Shown here: piece by piece, positions 1 to 9,175 of the stretch
Layout of the letters: each line of letters opens with the position of its first letter
Numbering within the stretch: position 1 is the first letter of the stretch
Assembly: GCA_043228905.1 (NCBI GenBank)
Contig: JBHGNT010000015.1
Location: 12,524,001-12,588,000, forward strand
Source: Azolla caroliniana
Lineage: Eukaryota; Plantae; Polypodiophyta
Length of the DNA stretch: 64,000 nt
Reading direction: 5' to 3'
Made by a program: the position numbers and the translations under genes
The notes under the pieces: model-generated
Seen by the model: the letters and a program-made list of their open reading frames with translations, nothing else
Database searches by the model: none
Told to the model about the DNA's origin: nothing

Positions 1-19
1 CATGTCGTTGTTTAACTGG

Positions 20-2523
20 TCATATGAACCCCGCCCTCAGCAGCTTGTCAATTTCTTCTTTCACACGGGTCGCGTAATTGGGGTTCATGCGGTAGCGGCT
101 CTGCTGGACAGGTTTCGCGTCCGTTGCTAAATTGACCTTATGCTGATAGAACTTGGGATCTAACCCCTTCATGTCCTCGCGAGCCCAAGCGAACAAATCT
201 TTATATTCCGTGAGTAGTGCGATCATTGTGATTCTCTAGTCCGGCCTCAATTCCTTTGCTATGGAGAGGAACCGGGGTTCTGATTCCATACCCACATTCA
301 CTTCGTTGAGAGCGGAAGCGGTGACTCGTTGTGAAATCTCCATTTCCCTTTCGAATGTCGCCCGTGCTCTGCTGAGTTCCAATATGGACTCTAGGTTTGG
401 TTCATACGGCTCTTCGTGCGGAACAATGGTCGTAGTATATTCTGCCGCTGTTGCGATGACATCAAGGTACGCTTCCAATTCGGCATCCTCCACCCCAGCC
501 AGCATATTTATGTCTTCCGCGTATAACGGTGTTATACCCTTAGCTTGTGGCGTGTTGCCTTCCGTAGGTACACGAACCTTGGTGCGTCCATGCCGGAAAC
601 TGATAGACTCGTGTTGCCAGCTCTGCTTGATATTTGCTGTCTGAAGCCATGGTCTGCCCAGAAGCACTGGGTACGCTCCTGGGGCGTCCAAAGCGAGGAC
701 GACCGCCGATATGTCGAAGCAGTGTCTGCCCACGATGATGCCTATTTTGCGAATTAGCCCCAACGGTCGCTCTGATCGGGTATCTGCCATGCGGAACCAG
801 AATGGACACGCCTCCCATTCGGAAATGCCTAACTGTTCGGAAGTTTTCGCGCTAATCACATTGACGCCTGAGCCGCCGTCGATTACGCATCCAGGAACTT
901 CTTGTCCATGCCATAATACTGTAATAGCCGGTTTGTTCTGGTCCACCAACGGTGGTCCATCGCTGACGTCTGTCAGGTTTCTGGCAACGCTCGCCCCGAT
1001 CATGCCCGCCACATGTGCTTCCATGGTCTGGCGGAAACGTGGAACTAGCTGTAACCGTTTTTCCATAGTTAACGTGATTTCACAGCCTGCTAACACCTGC
1101 CAAATGGGGTCCAGCCCCGGTCTTTCGTTCTCTGTTCGCTCCATTGTGTTCGCAGACTCCTGCCGCATACGTTCCGTATTGGTCGCGTTTGCTTTTTCCA
1201 CCCAAGCTTGGGCTTGTCGTCGTACCTCGTCCTGCGCAGCCCAATCTGTCGTTTTTGTTTGCTGGCGTGCTGTGACTTGTTGCACCTCCGCCGTAATCGT
1301 ATTGACGGCGGGGCCCTTTCCCTTGCGTGCTGGGCATTGCGTGTCATAGTGTCCGGGTTGCTGACAAATAAAACAATGGATGCTTGATTCTCCCTTCTCA
1401 GCCCCAGGTGGAGTGTGCCGCTCTCTGGGCGTTACTTGCTCTTCGCAGTCCGGCCTCGTTTGTCGGAATGTACGCGGTGGCTGTTGTTGGTCCCGTCGTT
1501 GTTCCTGGTGCCGCTCATCCCCCGATCTTTCATCGTAACGCCGATGATCCCTATATTGTCGAGGCTTACCCCGATAGCCATTGAAGCCGCCCCGTTTGTT
1601 TGTCGGGCGTTGATGTTCGTATCGCCGACCCCCTTTGGCGTAACTCGGATGTCCACGATAATCCTCGTCCTCCGGGTCGTCCTCCTCGGACTTGTTGTGA
1701 TTCCGGCGATTCCAGTTGTACCGGTCCTCCTGCAGGTTGCAATCCTTATACCCGGGTCGGTTTTCTTGCCTCCTTTGTTCCGCCCGGTGCGGTTGACGCT
1801 GTGGACCGCGGGAGTAGCTCTGTTTAACATATTGTACTCGTATTGGTCGACTGTGTGAACCTTCAAGTGGCAGATTGGGCAGTGGATTCACATATTGCAC
1901 TCCACCGCGGAATGCCCCGAGTTTAAGCAAATCGTGCACTGGATTCCTTGACGAAATTGGCGTTCCTCATCCTGAGGTAATGCTTATTGTAAGGATGACA
2001 TCGGAAACCTCTCCTCCTCGTCATCCAACTCGAGCTGTAATGCTCGTTCAATCACCATATCCGCCGTTTCCCCTTTCACGCTATTGTTGTTGAGCGTTGC
2101 CTGAATGGGCCGGCATAACGCTGCCAGAAATGTCCCCTGAGCCTCCTCCTCCGCGGGGCTTCGATCCAGTTTCCGTCGTAAATTTTGGAAACGTAAGCTG
2201 AAGTCTGCTATCGTCTCGGTCGGTAGTTGCTTAATTGTATATAACTGCCCGATAATCTCGCGTTGTGGAACACTCCTGTGGAAGAATCGCAAGAAGGCGG
2301 ACTGCAGCTGATCGAAGGTTTTTATGGCTGGTAAGTCCATCTGTGAATGCCAGAACGTCACACACCCATCTAATGTTAATTCGAACTCCGTCATTTTCGA
2401 CTGGTGTGCCACCATCTCGGAGAGATTCTGCGCCATGTGGTTTGCATTCCAAACATTCAAGAACATGCGAATATGAGTTGCGGCGTCGGTTTCGCCGTTA
2501 AAGCGGGGGTAGGCAAAGGCCAT
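20..2523 (-). pseudogene. Degenerate gag-protease-RT(N-term) of A1
   Basis: ORFs 1984-2523 (gag core), 236-1939 (CFICQQPGHYDTQC zinc knuckle, VIDGGSGVN protease) and 20-226 (RT N-terminus), separated by stops or frameshifts. Confidence 0.85.
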
Positions 2524-2773
2524 CGTGGGAGCTACGGCGGATCAGAAAAGGTCACCGGGTATTTGGGGAGCAAAGAATCCCCTTTGAACTCCTGGCAGGT
2601 AGTACTGAGGTCGCTGATGCGCGGCTTTTGCCGGGCGCGTTCTTCTGCCTGGCGTGTGACAACCTTGTTATTGGTCGGTCTTGTCTTGTTGGTTCTCTGG
2701 GTCGTCTGCGGCTAAACATCCATTCGTTGTTGCTCGTCTGTGAGGAAACACAGATCACCAAGTGTGCCAAAAG

Positions 2774-3214
2774 GGTTGCCTCTTAGGAACACAGTCCGTG
2801 GTCAGTCCTTTGACCTAGACCCCAAGGTGGGTGTGGAACAACGAATAGGGTTTAAGCGTACTGCGTAAGGAGAAAACCTCTGTAATTCCTCCGCGTATAA
2901 GGGAAGATGGCTACAACCGAATCCTTATCATAGGTTACACTTACGTACTACTATGCTTACGTATCCAAGACACAAACACTGAATTAGCCGCCGCTATACA
3001 CAGAAACTCAGAGAAGATAGAATTCTATTATCAGGCGTTCATTACATTTTCCCAAAATTTACACGCACCTCTATAAGAGGTTTTCTGCCCTTTATATATG
3101 CAGGGTCTAATTAGCCGTTCATGCTTCCCGCGTGAACCGTTACATACGTTATGCTCTTATATAGTTTCTTATTCCTACGCTTTTTGCCGTCGATTACTAT
3201 TCTGGCAGACAACA
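2774..3214 (-). repeat. 5' LTR of A1 (441 bp)
   Basis: Matches 42366-42804 and 51190-51630; TATATAAAGGG on the minus strand; one terminal base mutated. Confidence 0.9.
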
Positions 3215-3251
3215 CCCACTTGCGTAGGCGAGCTTGAGTACTCCCCGACTG

Positions 3252-3859
3252 GCGGCTTGGCAACAAAAGATTGTTGTTCCGGAAGAGGAGTGCCCTGCAC
3301 GAGACTCCAGTCTCGCTGGCGAGCCCGTGAGCTCCCGACTGGTTCTAGGATGTAGGCGCCACGCCCTCTTTGTCTCTGTGGTTATTTGGCGTTGCAACGA
3401 GCTATGTACATTCACATATCTATGTCTATATATATAAGGGTGTGTTTTGGGAGTTAGCTTAGGGGTCTTCGGTGCCTAAGTACGGATGTCTGTGCTAGTT
3501 GTAATCGGTGTGTGCATATATGTGTGTGTTCGTTTCCGGTTAGCATAGGGTTTGAGCGGCTTGGCAACAAAAGATTCTTGTTCCGGAAGAGGCATGCCCT
3601 GCATGAGAGTCCAGTCTCGCTGGCGAGCCCGTGAGCTCCCAATTGGTTCTAGGATGTAGGCGCCACGCCCTCTTTGTCTCTGTGGTTATTTGGCGTTGCA
3701 ATGAGCTATGTACATTCACATATCTATGTCTATATATATAATGGTGTGTTTTGGGAGTTAGCTTAGGGGTCTTCGGTGCCTAAGTACGGATGTCTATGCT
3801 GGTTGTAATCGGTGTGTGCATATATGTGTGTGTTCGTTTCCGGTTAGCATAGGGTTTGA
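3252..3859 (+). repeat. 304-bp tandem duplication inside the 5' LTR of B
   Basis: 3252-3555 is repeated at 3556-3859; the 3' LTR has a single copy (~17045-17355). Confidence 0.9.
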
Positions 3860-4743
3860 GTGCGGGTGGGTGCGTGGTTTCCGGGGTAGGTGTGCCGACA
3901 GTAACTAGGTGTATATGTGTATGTGTGTGTGCGCGGGCACAACTAACCGGGCTGTGACCCGCACCTCTTTTGAGGCCCTTGTACATACCGACGTGAACGA
4001 CGGTAGGAATGAGGGTGAGCTCTCTCACTTCCCATGCGATTACCGTTCGTGACCGGAAAATTTCCGGAACCGGCCGGCAAGGTCCGAACTGGAGACTATT
4101 GGGGACCGTACCGGCTGACAATGCGGCAACCTCTAGAGGATACGGGTTTCCAGCAACTCCTCCCCTCCTGGTCCATGACCCCGGTGGTCCCGCCTGGATC
4201 CGACATGCAAGCACGGATTTCCGCGACATCTTTGGTGAATCCAACGTGAAGGGCACATCGAGATGGGCGAGGTCGAAGAAGTTTACCGTTACAGCAGGGA
4301 CCAAGTCTCGCGAGTTTCACCGAAGGAACCAAGTCTCGCGTGTTTCACCGAAGGATCGACCGTCCAACATAAAGAGGAGTTCCGAGCAGCTCATAGAGCA
4401 TGGTCACCTAGAAGCGAAGCGAAGGTGACGTGCGATGGCACAACATCATGGCAAGAAGGGGGCGCGCGGACAAGACGGAAGTGGTCAAGCCGGAGGCCAT
4501 GCGGGGAACGACGGTGCCGACACGGAAGAGGGTGCGGGACGAGCCGCCCTCTTTTACATAGGGAGAAAGACCAACCGGGTGAAGGTCGGAATTCGGGAAG
4601 AAGATGATCGACGGTACGGAACTAACAGGAGATGCACGCTCCCTATACGCAACGCTCGGCCACAACCAAGCTTAGAATCATACACAGAAAACGGGAAATA
4701 ATGAACGACACGAAGAAGAGACGAGTACGCAGGATGTTTACGT

Positions 4744-5576
4744 TGTCGTGCCTTTCGGCTCCGGATCGTTGCGTGAGTCGGGTGGGAACCACAGAGGTCT
4801 TGGACTAGGAGAAAGAAGTTCGTGAGATAGAGATTAATTATGAGTAAATAGCAAAGAGAAAGATAAGAAACTCGTGAATCACACGAGTATACTATATTAA
4901 TTGGTACTTAGGGTGTTAAGAGAGAAGTAGATGTATAAATCGTGAATCCCACGAATAATTTTTGTATTGATTAATACTTAATCCAAATAATCAACAACCC
5001 TTTATATATTTCTCTCCTCCTTATATAAGGAAGGAAGAGCTAAGCATGGCTTCATGCTTTTTTTACAAAAAGTGTTCATGTCCACTAAATGTGCATGTGA
5101 TGCTTTTTTATTTCCTAAGTATAGGGCTCATGCACGCTAGATGTGCATGAGTTATTTTTAGTGTCTCGTGTTTTTTTTTTTTTTTTTTTCTTTTTCATAT
5201 ATTAAAAAAATACACGATTTACCTTTTAATAAAGGTATGCATAAATAAAGGTATGCATAAATAAAGGTCTTATATGTATTAAATCTATATTTAAAACACT
5301 TAAGATAAGTTAATGTAATGGTAAGGTTGGGGTTTGTCAACGTGGAGGTGTAGAGTTCGAATCACGCCCTGCGCAGTAGTGAGTATTTCCTTTTTTTTAC
5401 AATTATGTCTCTTTATCCGGCTCTTCCTTGCTGGTATGCCGTTTTCTTCCTTGCCGGTATGCCGTTTTCCTCCTTGCCGGTATGCCGTTTTCTTCCGGTT
5501 CTCACCGAGCACTCCATTCTCTATCCGGAGGGACAAAAATATAATTTCCACATAGTGTGCAACCTACACTACGACA
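4744..5576 (-). repeat. 3' LTR of C1 (833 bp)
   Basis: TGTCGT...ACGACA termini; three further copies in the window; contains three 23-bp tandem units (CTTCCTTGCCGGTATGCCGTTTT). Confidence 0.95.
5304..5398 (+). promoter_or_regulatory. tRNA-like Pol III cassette (A box, B box, oligo-T) in C LTR, antisense to the element
   Basis: A box TAATGTAATGG 5311-5321; B box AGTTCGAATCA 5354-5364 (32-nt spacing); T-run 5391-5398. Repeated at 11800-11853, 23259-23312 and 29699-29752. Does not fold into a full cloverleaf. Confidence 0.55.
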
Positions 5577-8500
5577 CTCGCCCCCTCCAAACCCGCACAT
5601 CCTCCGGTATGTGCCGAAGTTCTTGATTCTTCGTATCCGTCTTCATCCGAAGCTTCCTCCGATTCTCCCCTTATGTCGACTATGAGTTGTAATCCACTTT
5701 CTTCGCTTCCCGCATCATTGTGGTCTTCGTCCGATTGCTCCTCGTTGTCGGCCTCGACTTGGATCACATAAGGTTTGTCGTCGGTCCGCTTCTTGAAAAT
5801 CTTCACCCGCTTCCCGACTATAGGCACTCGTAGTATTGTTCCATCCAACTCGGACAGTCGGTACGTCCCGTTGTCGAAGACCTTCCGAACCTCGTACGGC
5901 CCGAACCACCTTTTCGCGAATTTCCGCATCGTTGTATGTTGATGGTCCAAGCTACTATCATACACGATCACCCAATCTCCTTCTTCAATCCTCCTCGGTC
6001 GTAGTCGGTGCTTTGTGTCGAACCGACTTTTGTTCCGGAACCGTGCTGCTTGTTGTCGGCGTGACGCTTCCGCTACATCTTTCGGTCTTCCCTCCAGTTG
6101 TCGTATCCGGACCGCTAGTAGTTCTTCCCGGCTCATCTCTTCCTTCCACGGTAGTATTGTCCATGTCGCGATTGCGGTTTCCGTTGGCATTACCGGTGCT
6201 TGTCCGGTCATGAGTTCTGCCGGCATGTAACCGGTCACGGAGCTATGCGTCGTCCGATCCGCCCATAGTGCATACGGAAGCATTTGTGGCCAATCCTTCA
6301 CCCTTCCGTCGCATGCCTTCGCAAGTGCTTTCACGATCGGACTATGTCCTCGTTCGATCTTCCCGTTGGCCTCCGGATTGTAGGCTGTTGTCAACGTTAA
6401 CCGAACTCCATGTTTGGCGAAGAATCCCCTAGCTTTGTCCGAGTCGAGTTCTCCCCGGTCCGCAATCACTTGTCCTACGCAGCCGTACCTACAAAACACT
6501 TCTTCCAAAAGAAATTGGCACACCGCGGCACACGTTTTCCTCCGAAGCGCTCGACCTTCAACTTGGTTTGTGAGATCTTCTCGAGCTAACACCAAGTATT
6601 TCTTTTGTCCAATCCCGGTCGGCATAGCTACAATGTCGACCATCCACTTGAAGTTGATTGTCGGTGAGAATGTCGGATGCAGCTCATCTCGGTGTCGGAC
6701 CCCGGAGTAGACTTGACATTTCTCGCAGCTTCCTGTGAACTCCGCGACATCTTTATACATGTTCTTCCACCAATATCTTTGCTTGATTTTCACAAAAGTT
6801 GCCCATGTTCCTCGATGTCCAGCCCAATCGGATTCGTGGAACTCGGACATTATCCGGTTTCGTTGCTCTTTCGTCCCGACTACTCGAAGTGGTATCCCAT
6901 CCGGTCTTTTCGGCGTCCTCCATATTAAACCGTTTTCCAAGAAGAACTTTTGGACTTGCCTCTTCTTCCTTCGGATCTCGGCTCTCCTTTCTTTATCATT
7001 GGTTGAATCCTCGACCTCTTGTAGCATCTTCCCGATCATCAAGGTTTCCCCCTCGTATTCTTCTTCCCGGAATTCTCGGATCACGTTCACTCGGCATATG
7101 TGTTCTGACGTGAAGTAGTCTTCGGAAACTTCTTCATTATCTGATTCGGTTATGTCGTCTTCAAACCGCGCCCTCGATAACATGTCCGCTCCCGCGTTGT
7201 CCTTCCCCGAGATGTGTCGAACCTCCAGATTAAGTGACTTGACATATGCAATCCACCTTAGCATAGCCACATCCGGTATCGTACAACACCGCATCATCCC
7301 GAGTATCGGAAGACAATCCGTCTCGATCACCACTTCAGCTCCGATCAAATAATCCCGATCCGATTTTATCGCCGACACGACTCCCCACAATTCTCTTTTG
7401 ACTTGTGCATATCCGCGTTGCCTTTCGTTGAGGACCTTTGATCCAAATCGGATCGGATACCGCGAACCATCCGAGTCGGCTTGATTGATGACCCACCCGA
7501 TACCGGTTGGACTTGTATCAACCGTTACTATGATTGGCCGCTCGTAGCTTGGCTTCTTAAGTGATTCCGCCCTCCATAGTGTCTTCTTGAGCTTCCTCAT
7601 GGCTTTAGTGTGTTCCGGTTTCCACTCGAATTTCTTACCTTTCCGCAACAAGTGATAGAGTGGGTCCGCTATATGTGCATAGTGCGGAATCCATATGTGA
7701 TAGAATGCACACGCACCCAGAAACCTTCGGACTTCCGATGTTGACTCACATACTTCCTTCATAGCTTGAATCGCATCGATCTTTGTTGGTGACGGTCTTC
7801 GGCCGTAGGGTCCACATAGATGTCCGACCACCAATATTTCTTCTTGCCCGAATGCCGATTTCTCCCCGGAAAGTGTTAGGTGCACATCTTCTAGCTTTCG
7901 CAACACTTTCTCGCAATCATGAATATGGTCGACCACGAACTTTCGGCATCCCTGATCATCCACAGTCTCATCTTTTTCTTCCACCGCGCATCCTTTCATC
8001 GGAATGTCATCTAGAAACGGCATCGTTATCTCCGGGATGCAATCTCGAAGCACCTTGTTCATCGCGTTCATCATATGTGCAACCGAGTTTGTCGCTCCTT
8101 GTGGTAGTGTGCACATTTGAACTAGTCCTATCGGTGTCCGCATGGTAGTGATGTCTCGGCTCTCCACGGCTAGTTGGAATTGGTCATACCCCGAGTATAG
8201 GTCCCCGATGGAGTATATCGCACGTCCGGCAAAAGCTTCCGCGAATTCGTCCACTATCGGACCGACTCCCGAGTTCCGGATCGTGACCTTGTTCACCGGT
8301 TGCAAGTCTTGGATGAATCGGAGTGACCCATTCTTCTTCGGAACCGTAAACCATCGATTTGAGTACGGAGCACTTGATGGCTCTAGAATCCCCATCGCCA
8401 CCTTCTCCTTGAGCAAGTCGATGACTTTCGGAATATGCGCCCGTGGCACCGGAATCGGCTTCAGGTTCCACGGTACATGATCAATCGTGAAAATCACCAT

Positions 8501-9031
8501 CGGCTCCACTATCTTTGGATCAATGCATCCGATCTCCCTCGATGTGAACGCGAATGCTTTGCCATGTTGCTCCAACATCTCTCGAAACCGTTTTTCTTCT
8601 TCTTGTAAGAGGAACCCACCTCCACCGATCCGAAGTTTCTTCTGGGTCTCATCTGTGAAGGCATGTCCGATATCCACGGACTTCCGAAGTGTCGGATCTC
8701 CCGAGACTTCTTTCTTCTTTTGTTCGCTATCGGCGGGTAGTGGTCCCGCGGCCGGTTTCACCTTCTTCTCCACGGTCTTGTATTTCGTACTTACCATTGC
8801 TTCTTCTTTGCGGAGCGCATCCGGCCCCATTTTCGCAACGATCTCGTACATCTCGACCGATTCCACCGGGACTACCCGGTTCCCTTGGCTTTTATCTTCC
8901 GCAAGCTCTTCAAGCCGTTGTAGTGTATTCCCATAGAACACTTCCTCGATCACTCCCACGATTTCTTCGTCTTCTTTTATTATTGATGCCGACCGTAACT
9001 TATCCTCCACTTGTCGGTATTGTTTCTTCAT
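5564..9031 (-). CDS. pol: C1 Pol (RT, RNase H, integrase), intact 1155-aa ORF, probably entered by a -1 frameshift near 9170
   Basis: RT motifs DLYSGYDQ, LPQGATNS, PFLDD; RNase H VTVDTS...ELWG...ETDC; integrase HHCC zinc finger, D-D-E core and GPY motif; no chromodomain. Confidence 0.93.
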   Translation of the reverse strand: MKKQYRQVEDKLRSASIIKEDEEIVGVIEEVFYGNTLQRLEELAEDKSQGNRVVPVESVEMYEIVAKMGPDALRKEEAMVSTKYKTVEKKVKPAAGPLPADSEQKKKEVSGDPTLRKSVDIGHAFTDETQKKLRIGGGGFLLQEEEKRFREMLEQHGKAFAFTSREIGCIDPKIVEPMVIFTIDHVPWNLKPIPVPRAHIPKVIDLLKEKVAMGILEPSSAPYSNRWFTVPKKNGSLRFIQDLQPVNKVTIRNSGVGPIVDEFAEAFAGRAIYSIGDLYSGYDQFQLAVESRDITTMRTPIGLVQMCTLPQGATNSVAHMMNAMNKVLRDCIPEITMPFLDDIPMKGCAVEEKDETVDDQGCRKFVVDHIHDCEKVLRKLEDVHLTLSGEKSAFGQEEILVVGHLCGPYGRRPSPTKIDAIQAMKEVCESTSEVRRFLGACAFYHIWIPHYAHIADPLYHLLRKGKKFEWKPEHTKAMRKLKKTLWRAESLKKPSYERPIIVTVDTSPTGIGWVINQADSDGSRYPIRFGSKVLNERQRGYAQVKRELWGVVSAIKSDRDYLIGAEVVIETDCLPILGMMRCCTIPDVAMLRWIAYVKSLNLEVRHISGKDNAGADMLSRARFEDDITESDNEEVSEDYFTSEHICRVNVIREFREEEYEGETLMIGKMLQEVEDSTNDKERRAEIRRKKRQVQKFFLENGLIWRTPKRPDGIPLRVVGTKEQRNRIMSEFHESDWAGHRGTWATFVKIKQRYWWKNMYKDVAEFTGSCEKCQVYSGVRHRDELHPTFSPTINFKWMVDIVAMPTGIGQKKYLVLAREDLTNQVEGRALRRKTCAAVCQFLLEEVFCRYGCVGQVIADRGELDSDKARGFFAKHGVRLTLTTAYNPEANGKIERGHSPIVKALAKACDGRVKDWPQMLPYALWADRTTHSSVTGYMPAELMTGQAPVMPTETAIATWTILPWKEEMSREELLAVRIRQLEGRPKDVAEASRRQQAARFRNKSRFDTKHRLRPRRIEEGDWVIVYDSSLDHQHTTMRKFAKRWFGPYEVRKVFDNGTYRLSELDGTILRVPIVGKRVKIFKKRTDDKPYVIQVEADNEEQSDEDHNDAGSEESGLQLIVDIRGESEEASDEDGYEESRTSAHTGGCAGLEGASVVV

Positions 9032-9084
9032 TCCTCCGGTTACGGCCGTGTACGTAGACGCCCCATCCGGGCCGATTCGTACTT

Positions 9085-9175
9085 GTTTTGCTCCGAGAGT
9101 TTTCTTCCTGTGTGGGGTATCAGGGCTTCTCGGACTATCACTTCCCCACTCCGCAACAGTCCGCTTTAAAAATCC
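9085..9175 (-). promoter_or_regulatory. Putative -1 ribosomal frameshift signal (slippery heptamer plus pseudoknot)
   Basis: G GAT TTT directly before the gag-pro stop; 5-nt spacer; stem CGGACTGTTGC/GTGATAGTCCG; loop TGGGG can pair with downstream CCCCA; the -1 frame is open to the pol ATG (9175-9031 = 144 nt). Confidence 0.7.

Larger units (their letters stand above)
1..3214 (-). mobile_element. Element A1: 5' part of an Athila/Tat-superclade Ty3/gypsy retrotransposon, running off the left edge
   Basis: 5' LTR 2774-3214; PBS 2756-2769 (minus strand TGGCACACTTGGTG); gag, protease and RT start on the minus strand; near-identical to A2 (48340-51630). Its right flank (3215 on) matches the middle of LTR B (cf. 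~17010). Confidence 0.9.

Noticed and set aside
5304-5376. Calling the LTR cassettes genuine tRNA genes
   Set aside because: Acceptor and anticodon stems do not pair; only the A and B boxes are retained.
8000-8030. RT active site FLDD instead of YxDD
   Set aside because: Present in C1, C2, G and A2, so it is a lineage trait rather than an inactivating or novel change.
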